A stretch of 32,000 bases of DNA. Origin: Erysipelotrichaceae bacterium MTC7. Lineage in GTDB: Bacteria > Bacillota_I > Bacilli_A > Erysipelotrichales > Erysipelotrichaceae. Shown here piece by piece: positions 9,067-16,864 of the stretch; the stretch's first letter is position 1; each line of letters starts with the position of its first letter. The notes beneath the pieces were generated by a model. It was not told the origin of the DNA. It worked only from the letters and a program-made list of their open reading frames with translations, and searched no databases. Both the position numbers and the translations under genes were made by a program. The stretch covers positions 1 to 32,000 of the forward strand of contig LVZN01000005.1 in NCBI GenBank assembly GCA_001695645.1, written 5' to 3'.

Positions 9067-9137
9067 GTAAGTAGAGGTAACAATTATAGGAGGATAGGAT
9101 TTGTAATTGAATGGTGTGTTTACAGGAGGAGGAAATT

Positions 9138-10949
9138 ATGAAAAGAAGAAAGAGAAAGGATTTTAAGTATTCCAATATTCCTAAAATTGTATCCATATTT
9201 GTGATAATTTTAATGGCATTCAGTAGTATGGTGCCAAGAGTATTGTTGGATGTGGAAGAAGAAGATGTTCAATTCAATAATGTTACAACTGAAGAAAAAG
9301 TAAGCGTGACTCGGACAAGCGAGGATAATCAACCACTGGTTCACCTACAAGGTGAAACGCTCCTTGATGATGTTTATGAAATCGAAGTTGCAGCCAAGAG
9401 TACGGGGTTGGAATACCGACCCAAACCAAAGTTTAATGTAGTTTTTGTACTCGATAACTCTGGTAGTATGCAAAGGAGAATTGACTCGCAAACCGATGCT
9501 ATTAAGGGTCAAAGACGACTTGATTACTTGATAAATGATGTAAATACCTTTGCTAAAAAGATACTTGGTTATCAGGAATCAACAGTAAGCGCAGTTAACT
9601 TTTACAATTCAGGGAAGTCAGATGTCATATTCTCGGGTGCAACAACACCAAAACAAGTCGAAGCTGCAATGGTGGAAGGTACTGGAAAGCTCGTTACATT
9701 AGGAGGGACGAATATTTCTGCTGGAATAATCCAAGCAGAAAATGTACTTGATTCTTTAAAAACTTCGCAAACGAATGCTTTTGTTGGATACCACAACGTT
9801 GTGGTAATGATGACAGATGGTCAAATCAATAGTCCACAATATACGTACCCAGAATTAGATAGTTTGCAAAGTTTGGTTAATGCATATAGTCAACGTCTAA
9901 GTGTTTATGGAGTTGCATACTCTACACCAAATATGGATAATGATGGAACGTTCTCAAGATTTAGTAACTTATGGACTTCTGGAAATGCTGGCTATGGACG
10001 AGGATATATGTATGAAGTAAATGCACAAAATAAAGAAAATATGTTTGATGAAATCTATCAACGTATCTCGAAAGTGCAAACAGACGAAATTATGATTGAT
10101 GTTACATTACCAGAAGGACTTGACTTTGTAGAGGAAACTGAGCAACAACCATACACTGTGGATGGAAATACGTTAAAAGCAATAATTTCATATCCTAAAG
10201 ACGGTGTAGAACATTCGTTTAAATACAAAGTGCGAATCAATCAAGAAAAAGTATATGAAATCTACGATAAGAATGTAGAGCGAGAAGAGATTTTCGCGAA
10301 GATTGACCATAATTTCGAGTACAAATTCAGATTACTGAATAAGGAAATTGTGAATGAAAGTGAAAGTTCACAGGAAATATTTGATTATCGTAAGACGAAT
10401 GTTGTACTTGATCTACCAATCTATCGACTCACAACACATGCAATCAACGGAACGATTGGACATGCGCATGGCGTACTTGGTACGGTTGTTGAAAACGCAG
10501 GGTCGAAAGATATTCCTGTCTACGTTGGACGTGGTGCAAGTGGTACATCAGGGTACTGGGTGGATGGTTATGGACCAGATCCAGCAATTGAAGGATTGGA
10601 ATTTGTTCGTTCAACAATTGAACGACCATTCCAAGTTGATGGAAATGAAATGTTTACTACGGACCTTGGATCTCATGAAGTAGAAGGTATCTTTACAGAT
10701 ACACATATTGAAGTTGAGTGGAAAAAGAAAGAAACACCACCGCCAACACCAATACCTGATCCTAAGCCAGATCCAACACCTGACCCAACACCAGATCCAG
10801 TTGAACTACCAAGTATAGCGGTAGTGGAACTACCAAGTGTTGCAACAGGTATGGGCGCACCAGATGTTACGCTACTACCTATGGTGTGGATGGCTGGCGG
10901 GACTGCTGCAGTCATCGTATTAAAGAAATGGAGAGATAAAAAGAAATAG
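9138..10949 (+). CDS. Secreted VWA-domain surface protein with a C-terminal sorting-like signal (LPSVATG + TM + KKWRDKKK)
   Basis: RBS GGAGGAGG precedes ATG 9138; the ORF-track ATG 9111 lacks properly spaced SD. N-terminal basic/hydrophobic signal anchor. MIDAS motif DNSGS at 9453. Pro-rich PDPKPDPTPDPTPDP linker. Hydrophobic segment and basic tail at the extreme C terminus. Confidence 0.85.
   Translation: MKRRKRKDFKYSNIPKIVSIFVIILMAFSSMVPRVLLDVEEEDVQFNNVTTEEKVSVTRTSEDNQPLVHLQGETLLDDVYEIEVAAKSTGLEYRPKPKFNVVFVLDNSGSMQRRIDSQTDAIKGQRRLDYLINDVNTFAKKILGYQESTVSAVNFYNSGKSDVIFSGATTPKQVEAAMVEGTGKLVTLGGTNISAGIIQAENVLDSLKTSQTNAFVGYHNVVVMMTDGQINSPQYTYPELDSLQSLVNAYSQRLSVYGVAYSTPNMDNDGTFSRFSNLWTSGNAGYGRGYMYEVNAQNKENMFDEIYQRISKVQTDEIMIDVTLPEGLDFVEETEQQPYTVDGNTLKAIISYPKDGVEHSFKYKVRINQEKVYEIYDKNVEREEIFAKIDHNFEYKFRLLNKEIVNESESSQEIFDYRKTNVVLDLPIYRLTTHAINGTIGHAHGVLGTVVENAGSKDIPVYVGRGASGTSGYWVDGYGPDPAIEGLEFVRSTIERPFQVDGNEMFTTDLGSHEVEGIFTDTHIEVEWKKKETPPPTPIPDPKPDPTPDPTPDPVELPSIAVVELPSVATGMGAPDVTLLPMVWMAGGTAAVIVLKKWRDKKK
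10758..10799 (+). repeat. Short in-frame tandem repeat encoding the (PD-P-T/K) linker
   Basis: gatcctaagcca/gatccaacacct/gacccaacacca/gatcca, a 12-nt period encoding DPKPDPTPDPTPDP. Confidence 0.6.
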
Positions 10950-10962
10950 TACTATACCCAAT

Positions 10963-10984
10963 AGGAGCCTGTTGGCTCCTTTTC
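10963..10984 (+). terminator. Intrinsic terminator after surface protein 1
   Basis: AGGAGCC-tgtt-GGCTCCT followed by TTTC (short T-run). Confidence 0.55.
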
Positions 10985-11036
10985 ATCATGAAAAGTACAA
11001 ACAATTTCAAAAAGTGAAGATTCTTGTGTTAACAAA

Positions 11037-11045
11037 TGCTATAAT
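11037..11045 (+). promoter_or_regulatory. Orphan extended -10 (TGcTATAAT)
   Basis: A perfect TGnTATAAT lies 56 nt after the preceding terminator. No ORF with an RBS follows it. Confidence 0.4.
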
Positions 11046-11051
11046 TTGTTA

Positions 11052-11225
11052 AAGGGAAGAGATTTTGTCCGCGACGACGTTAAACTATATACAGTTCTTG
11101 TTAGTTTATCTAATAAGATATGCCAACCTTCTCTATCTTCCACACACACACTAAAAAAGGAATTAAGAACATAAAACTTCTAAAAGGTTGGCCAAAAGTA
11201 GCTTCATTCGTGGAGCTGCTTTTTT
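11052..11225 (+). ncRNA. Candidate small RNA or independent non-coding transcription unit (~175 nt)
   Basis: Bracketed by TGcTATAAT (11037-11045) and a 9-bp/T6 terminator (11197-11225). It contains the long-range pairing GCCAACC (11122-11128) / GGTTGGC (11186-11192), a (CA)5 tract and a GC-rich patch GTCCGCGACGACG. The only ORF (11120..11302) runs through the terminator into mutS. No family recognised. Confidence 0.3.
11197..11225 (+). terminator. Intrinsic terminator upstream of mutS
   Basis: AGTAGCTTC pairs with GGAGCTGCT (9 bp including two G-U), loop ATTCGT, T6. Confidence 0.75.
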
Positions 11226-11260
11226 ACAGCAATTTGGGAAGTCGCATAGCTGAGGTTATA

Positions 11261-11269
11261 TGGTATAAT
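11261..11269 (+). promoter_or_regulatory. Extended -10 (TGgTATAAT) immediately upstream of, and overlapping, the mutS start region
   Basis: TGgTATAAT is followed by 7 nt (gacacat) and ATG 11277. The ORF-track ATG 11268 overlaps the -10 hexamer itself. Confidence 0.4.
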
Positions 11270-13808
11270 GACACATATGGAAAATTCAAAAAAACAAGGT
11301 AAAGAAAAGAAGTACACACCGATGATGATGCAATACTTAGAAGTGAAAAAAGGACTTCAAGATTGTATTGTTTTTTATCGTTTGGGTGATTTTTATGAAA
11401 TGTTCTTTGATGATGCAATGGTAGCCAGCAAAGAACTTGATTTGGTCTTGACTGGACGTAATGCAGGTGTTGAAGAGCGGGTACCCATGTGTGGAATCCC
11501 TTACCATGCCGCAACAGGATACATTCAACGGCTAACTCAAAAAGGGTATAAAATCGCGATTGTTGAGCAACTGGAAGAAGCAAGTGCTGGAAAAATCGTA
11601 AAACGTGATGTTGTGAAAATTGTCACTCCAGGAACCATTATGGAAGAAGCGAATGAAAGTCAATCTGGGGTTTATTTAGCAACGATTCATGATTTTAAAT
11701 TTGGATATGCATTATGTTTTTGTGAAATGACATGCGGAGAAGTACTCGCTAAAAGTATTGATCGCGATTTCCAAAGTTTGCAAATGACCTTACTATCTTT
11801 GAATGTTAAAGAAATCGTAATTAATGAAACATTTGATAAAAAGGTAAAAAAACGCTTAGAGGAATATGGAACATTAACCATTTCGTATGAAGAAGATATG
11901 GTTTTGAAACCAGCTTATGAATCGTTGATTGATGTCGATGATGTACAAATTAAAACGAGTTTTGCGATGCTAACAAACTATTTGGAACATACACAAAAAC
12001 GCGAAATGTCACACTTAGCAAAACTTGAAATGTTAGAGGATGATAGTTATCTGCAAATGGACTTTTCGACAAAAGCCAATTTGGAACTATTGCAACCACT
12101 TCGTGTGAATAGTAAGTCGCAAACCTTATTCGGGTTTTTAAATCATACGAAAACGGCACTTGGAGCAAGGTGTTTAAAACAATGGATATCGTATCCGCTA
12201 ATTGATGAAAGAAAAATCAATCAACGGCTGGATGCGATTGCCTATTTAAATGAAAACTTCATTTTGAAAGATGAACTTAAAGAAGAATTAAGTAGTGTCT
12301 ATGATTTGGATCGTTTGGGGGCAAAAATTGCGTATGGAAATGCAAATCCACAAGATGTTCGCAGATTAACTTCAACGCTACTTGCAGCTCCTAAGATTCT
12401 TGAAATCTTCCATGATTGCAAGCAAATGATTGAGGAAGTACAAGTAGATGCATGTGTTGACTTAACGTTAAAGTTGGATGGTATTTTACTAGAGGATGCC
12501 AGCAATAATCCTAAAGATGGAAATATCTTTGTGGATGGGTATGACAGTCAATTGGACGCATATCGAACGATTCAAAGCGAAGCCAATCAATACATTCTTG
12601 ATTTAGAACTTCGTGAGAAAGAAAGAACCGGAATTAACTCATTAAAGGTTGGATACAATCGTGTATTTGGTTACTATATTGAAGTAAGTAGTGCCAACTT
12701 AGGAAAACTAAAAGATGATTTTGGTTATACGAGAAAGCAGACACTAACAAACGCGGAACGTTTTGTTAGCGAAGAACTAAAAGAATTGGAAGATAAAATC
12801 TTGCACGCTAAGGAAAAAAGTGTGCGTCGTGAATATGAACTCTATCAGCTGTTGATGGAAGACATTCGTTTGTTTTTACCAAAATTGCACCAACTTGCTC
12901 GTGCCATTGCAAAAATTGATGCTTTGTATGCACTAAGCGTTGTTGCAGCTAAACCAGGATACATCCGTCCTGTATTTGAAAACAATAACCGTATTCATCT
13001 AGTGGATAATGCACATCCAATTTTGGATGACATGATGAAAAAATCACGCTACGTGACCAATGATCTAGAGATGCAAAATGAAGATAGTATTATGATTATT
13101 ACCGGTCCTAACATGGGTGGGAAAAGTACGTTCATGCGTCAGGTTGCCCTAACGGTGATTTTGGCACAGATGGGAAGCTATGTTCCTGCAAAAGAATGTG
13201 TCTTACCAATTTTTGATAAGATCTTTACGCGCATTGGAGCAAGTGATGATATTATGAGTGGACATTCTACGTTTATGGTGGAAATGATGGAAGCCAATTA
13301 TGCACTGCAAAATGCAACAGATCACTCACTAATTCTCTTCGATGAAATTGGAAGAGGAACATCGACCTATGACGGAATGAGTTTGGCGTATGCAATGCTA
13401 GAATACTTACATGAACACACGAAAGCAAAAACGTTATTTTCGACACACTACCATGAACTTACCTCTTTAGAGGAAACCTACGATGGTATAAAAAACCTGA
13501 CGGTTGATGTCGATGAAGAAGATGGAGAAATTGTTTTCCTTTATAAAATGAAAGAAGGAAAAGCTGATAAATCGTATGGAGTCAATGTTGCTAGACTAGC
13601 TAAACTACCAAATAGTTTGCTAGAAAGAGCAAGTCAAATCCTTGCCAATGTGCAACAAGATGAAGTTGATCTTCATGTAGAAATGAAAGAAGTTATGGTA
13701 AAAGAAGACCATAAAGCGACAGAATTGATCCGCAAGTTGGAACAAGCAAACGTCGAAGAAATGACACCGATCGAGGCATTGTTATTTTTAAATGAACTAA
13801 AGAAATAA
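11268..13808 (+). CDS. mutS: DNA mismatch repair protein MutS
   Basis: N-terminal YTPMMMQYLEVK mismatch-binding motif, Walker A GPNMGGKST, and STHYHEL. The start is ambiguous: ATG 11268 has GAGG 12 nt upstream, and ATG 11277 fits a leaderless geometry. Confidence 0.95.
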   Translation: MTHMENSKKQGKEKKYTPMMMQYLEVKKGLQDCIVFYRLGDFYEMFFDDAMVASKELDLVLTGRNAGVEERVPMCGIPYHAATGYIQRLTQKGYKIAIVEQLEEASAGKIVKRDVVKIVTPGTIMEEANESQSGVYLATIHDFKFGYALCFCEMTCGEVLAKSIDRDFQSLQMTLLSLNVKEIVINETFDKKVKKRLEEYGTLTISYEEDMVLKPAYESLIDVDDVQIKTSFAMLTNYLEHTQKREMSHLAKLEMLEDDSYLQMDFSTKANLELLQPLRVNSKSQTLFGFLNHTKTALGARCLKQWISYPLIDERKINQRLDAIAYLNENFILKDELKEELSSVYDLDRLGAKIAYGNANPQDVRRLTSTLLAAPKILEIFHDCKQMIEEVQVDACVDLTLKLDGILLEDASNNPKDGNIFVDGYDSQLDAYRTIQSEANQYILDLELREKERTGINSLKVGYNRVFGYYIEVSSANLGKLKDDFGYTRKQTLTNAERFVSEELKELEDKILHAKEKSVRREYELYQLLMEDIRLFLPKLHQLARAIAKIDALYALSVVAAKPGYIRPVFENNNRIHLVDNAHPILDDMMKKSRYVTNDLEMQNEDSIMIITGPNMGGKSTFMRQVALTVILAQMGSYVPAKECVLPIFDKIFTRIGASDDIMSGHSTFMVEMMEANYALQNATDHSLILFDEIGRGTSTYDGMSLAYAMLEYLHEHTKAKTLFSTHYHELTSLEETYDGIKNLTVDVDEEDGEIVFLYKMKEGKADKSYGVNVARLAKLPNSLLERASQILANVQQDEVDLHVEMKEVMVKEDHKATELIRKLEQANVEEMTPIEALLFLNELKK

Positions 13809-13821
13809 GAAAGGAGTTCGC

Positions 13822-15660
13822 ATGGCGAAAATTCAAAGATTAGATCCACACTTAACGAATATGATCGCCGCTGGAGAAGTAGTTGAACGACCAAGTGGTG
13901 TCGTTAAGGAATTGGTGGAAAATTCCATCGATGCGCATGCTTCAACCATTCAAGTACATGTACGACAAGGTGGTATTGAAGAAATGATGATTGTTGATGA
14001 TGGTGATGGAATGAGTGCACAAGATGCAACGTTATCCTTTGAACGTCATGCAACAAGTAAAATCAAAGATGTAAAAGACCTTTGGCGTATCTCGACCATG
14101 GGGTTTCGTGGCGAGGCATTACCATCGATTTCTTCCGTTGCCCATGTGGAGTTAAAAACCAATGATGGAACGGATTCGACACTCGTTGAAATCGCCTATG
14201 GAAAAACCATTCATGCCAAACCCATTGGAACACCAAAAGGTACACAAATCTCGGTTAAAAACTTATTTCAACGCACGCCAGCACGCTTTAAACACTTACG
14301 TAGTGCAAGCTATGAGTTTTCACTTGTAAGTGATGTCATACAAAAGTTTGCGCTTGCTTACCCAAGCATTTCCTTTAGCTTGTATCACGATGATAAACGC
14401 ATCTTTCAAAGCAATGGAAATGGCAATATGCAAGAAGTGATGTATCAAATCTATGGTCGTGAAGTGGCTAAAGCTGCCATTGCTGTTAAAGGAAAAGATA
14501 CAGATTATCAAATTGATGGTTACGTCGTACAACCGTTTCAAACAAGAGCAACCAAGTATTACATGTTGTTTTTTATCAACAATCGTATGATTCGTTCTTA
14601 TCGACTACAAAAAGCGATTATGGATGCATATGGTCCATACATTCCAAGTGGACGTTATCCAATTGTCGCTTTGCACATCACGATGGATCCACAATTGGTT
14701 GATGTTAATGTTCACCCAAGCAAATGGGAAGTACGCTTTTCAAAAGAGAAACAATTGGAATATGTAATTAAGGAAACCATCCAAGAAGCATTACGTGAAA
14801 AACTAGAAGTCAATCGTGTCGTAAAACAGGAAAAGCTAGAAATTGAAGCACCAACATTTAACTTTGAAGAAGTAAAAAAGGAAACACCTTCTGTCATCTA
14901 CAAGCAACAAACAGAACCAGAAATACAAGTTGCAGAACCTACAGTCAGATACCAAGAGGTAGTACAGCAAACACCTGTACCTGAAGTTGCTGGTTCAGTT
15001 ACAGTTGAGAAAGATGGGATTGTAAAACCAAGTGTTCAAGTTTCACAAAAGGTTGAACCGGCGAAAGTAAGTAATCCGTCTTTGCCAAAGATGCGTGCAC
15101 TTGCGCAATTGCACAAAGCCTATATTCTTGCAGAAGGTGACGATGGTTTGTATATCATTGACCAACACGCTGCACAAGAGCGTTACAATTTTGAAGTAAT
15201 TAAACAAAAAGTACAAGCAGGAATTAAAGACCAACAAGATCTTTTGGTACCTATCACCCTCACGTCAAACTTACAAGCAGTGAGTAGTGTGGATCAACTC
15301 AATCACACGCTAGAACCTCTAGGTATTCAATTTGAAGTGTTTGGCGACAACAGTTTTGTTGTACGTAGTTTGCCAATTTGGCTTGTACATACAAATGAGC
15401 AAGCATTCTTACAGGATATGGTGGACTTTTATATTAAAAATGAAGAAGTGGATATTGAAGAACTGCGAAAGCATACACTAGCCACAATGGCTTGTCATTC
15501 GTCGATTCGATTTAATCGCTCCTTAAGTTTAGCTGAGATGCAACAAGTGATTACCGACTTGGAGCATTGTGAGCAACCGTTCCATTGTCCCCATGGACGA
15601 CCAACCTTCTTAAAATACACGCTTAAAGATTTAGAGAAAAGTTTTTTACGGGTGAAATAA
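13822..15660 (+). CDS. mutL: DNA mismatch repair endonuclease MutL
   Basis: GHKL ATPase motifs (ELVENSIDA, DDGDGM). C-terminal endonuclease motifs DQHAAQERYNFE, ACHSSIRFN and CPHGRP. RBS AAAGGAG is present. Confidence 0.95.
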   Translation: MAKIQRLDPHLTNMIAAGEVVERPSGVVKELVENSIDAHASTIQVHVRQGGIEEMMIVDDGDGMSAQDATLSFERHATSKIKDVKDLWRISTMGFRGEALPSISSVAHVELKTNDGTDSTLVEIAYGKTIHAKPIGTPKGTQISVKNLFQRTPARFKHLRSASYEFSLVSDVIQKFALAYPSISFSLYHDDKRIFQSNGNGNMQEVMYQIYGREVAKAAIAVKGKDTDYQIDGYVVQPFQTRATKYYMLFFINNRMIRSYRLQKAIMDAYGPYIPSGRYPIVALHITMDPQLVDVNVHPSKWEVRFSKEKQLEYVIKETIQEALREKLEVNRVVKQEKLEIEAPTFNFEEVKKETPSVIYKQQTEPEIQVAEPTVRYQEVVQQTPVPEVAGSVTVEKDGIVKPSVQVSQKVEPAKVSNPSLPKMRALAQLHKAYILAEGDDGLYIIDQHAAQERYNFEVIKQKVQAGIKDQQDLLVPITLTSNLQAVSSVDQLNHTLEPLGIQFEVFGDNSFVVRSLPIWLVHTNEQAFLQDMVDFYIKNEEVDIEELRKHTLATMACHSSIRFNRSLSLAEMQQVITDLEHCEQPFHCPHGRPTFLKYTLKDLEKSFLRVK

Positions 15661-15661
15661 G

Positions 15662-16576
15662 ATGAATAAACAAAAAGTATTGGTTGTCATTGGGCCAACT
15701 GGAGTTGGTAAAAGTAAGATGGCAGTTGCGCTTGCTAAGCAATTTAATGGGGAAATCATTAGTGGTGATGCCTATCAAGTATATAAACAGCTAAGCATCG
15801 GTAGTGCAAAAATTACGCCAAATGAAATGGAAGGAATACCACACTACCTTGTGGACTGTTATGACTATACGGATGATTACAATGTGAAAGTCTTTCAAGA
15901 CCAAGCAAGAATCTACATTGATCAGATTGCCAAAAAAGGTAAATTGCCCATCATTTGTGGTGGAACTGGTTTATATATTAAGGCAGCACTGTATGACTAT
16001 GTATTTGAAGATGAACAAGTTGATCAAGCGTATAGCAAGTATCTAGACACACTTGATTCCCAACAATTGTTTGAGATGTTAGTTGAAGTTGATCCAAAAA
16101 GTGCCAACGTATTACATCCTAACAACGCACGAAGAGTAAAACGTGCTTTACTTATGCACCATGCAGGTACAAAGAAAAGCGAACGCATTGATAAACAAAA
16201 CCATGAACTTTTGTACGATGCAAACATCATCGGTTTAACATTGGAACGTGCCAAACTTTATGAACGAATTGACAAACGTGTCCTGAAGATGATGGATACA
16301 GGATTACTTGATGAAATTCAAACGATTGTAAAAGACAGAAAAACCTTCGATCTACAAAGCATGCGGGGAATTGGCTACAAAGAGTGGCAACCCTATATGG
16401 AAGGCACAGCAACTGCTGAACAAGTTATATCATCCATCCAAAAAAATACAAGAAACTTTGCGAAGCGACAATATACATGGTTTAACAATCAAATGCAGGT
16501 GCACTGGTTTGATATTAGTCAACCAGCTATATATGAAGAAATTACAGAACAAGTATCTTCCTTTCTCAAGGAATAA
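15662..16576 (+). CDS. miaA: tRNA dimethylallyltransferase
   Basis: P-loop GPTGVGKS plus PHYLVD and RQYTWF motifs. It starts 1 nt after the mutL stop. Confidence 0.93.
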   Translation: MNKQKVLVVIGPTGVGKSKMAVALAKQFNGEIISGDAYQVYKQLSIGSAKITPNEMEGIPHYLVDCYDYTDDYNVKVFQDQARIYIDQIAKKGKLPIICGGTGLYIKAALYDYVFEDEQVDQAYSKYLDTLDSQQLFEMLVEVDPKSANVLHPNNARRVKRALLMHHAGTKKSERIDKQNHELLYDANIIGLTLERAKLYERIDKRVLKMMDTGLLDEIQTIVKDRKTFDLQSMRGIGYKEWQPYMEGTATAEQVISSIQKNTRNFAKRQYTWFNNQMQVHWFDISQPAIYEEITEQVSSFLKE

Positions 16577-16614
16577 TACTTGTTTTTTTACGCTTAAACA
16601 TTTGTCCGAAAGCC

Positions 16615-16643
16615 TTTACATAATGTGCAAAATGCATTACTAT
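16615..16643 (+). promoter_or_regulatory. Sigma-A-type promoter of the LRR surface-protein gene (leader A)
   Basis: TTTACA (16615-16620), 17-nt spacer, TACTAT (16638-16643). The -10/+1 region ATGAAAGTGTGG resembles module B (ATGATAAAAGTGTGG). Confidence 0.45.
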
Positions 16644-16649
16644 GAAAGT

Positions 16650-16864
16650 GTGGCATTGGATGTAATTAATGTTTGATTTGCGTGCATTAATTAAGATGAA
16701 TAGATGTATGGGAATTCATCTTAAACTTCAGTGTGGGTGTGAAGTAAGTCGTTTAATTATTAGAGAATACTTACGGGGTAATAATTGAATACTTTTAATG
16801 CAGTTCATTTGTGTGGTACATGGACTGTTTTTTTGTTCTTGTACACATGTGTAAGGAGAACCCT
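16650..16864 (+). promoter_or_regulatory. Long structured 5' leader (A) ending in an intrinsic terminator just before the RBS
   Basis: Hairpins: TAATTAATG/CATTAATTA (16663-16693), AAGATGAAT/ATTCATCTT (16693-16722), ACTTCA/TGAAGT (16725-16745), AATTATT/AATAATT (16755-16786), then the terminator at 16801-16834. The 3' ~75 nt are paralogous to 19335-19417. Confidence 0.55.
16801..16834 (+). terminator. Leader terminator/attenuator A
   Basis: CAGTTCA (16801-16807) pairs with TGGACTG (16821-16827). The apex TGT (16810-16812) pairs with ACA (16818-16820), followed by T7. It lies 30 nt upstream of ATG 16865. Confidence 0.7.

Noticed and set aside
9111-9137. N-terminal extensions suggested by the ORF track. 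The affected starts are 941, 2796, 7895, 9111, 16811, 22975, 23420, 27393(-), 28993 and 31757(-).
   Set aside because: In each case an internal ATG with a well-spaced SD and a family-typical N terminus exists. The extension covers a terminator, a promoter or the neighbouring gene.
10673-10915. Minus-strand 80-aa Gly/Ser-rich ORF.
   Set aside because: It is the antisense image of the Pro-rich linker and sorting signal of surface protein 1, and it has no RBS.
11120-11302. 60-aa ORF in the mutS upstream region.
   Set aside because: It runs through a strong terminator and the mutS promoter and start, and it has no RBS.
11224-11583. Numerous 60-120-aa ORFs antisense to, or out of frame within, glgB, glgP, msrAB, mutS, mutL, miaA, gltX and the adhesin genes. 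Examples are 993..1364, 5216..5470, 11224..11583, 19573..19926 and 20068..20412.
   Set aside because: They are fully embedded in strongly supported genes, lack RBSs and have low-complexity or atypical composition. They are typical shadow ORFs.
16577-16650. Looked for hfq downstream of miaA and for a miaA terminator.
   Set aside because: No Hfq-like ORF appears in any frame. Only a weak 4-bp hairpin with T7 (about 16567-16590) is present, which is too weak to list as a feature.
16696-16788. 30-codon uORF in leader A (MNRCMGIHLKLQCGCEVSRLIIREYLRGNN). It has the same length as the module B sORF and a superficially similar LQCGC / LQECGD stretch.
   Set aside because: No SD is present. It occupies a different part of the module from the B ORF. 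The Cys codons arise from the TG-rich tract. Indels between the copies are not multiples of three. Stop-free runs of this length are expected by chance.
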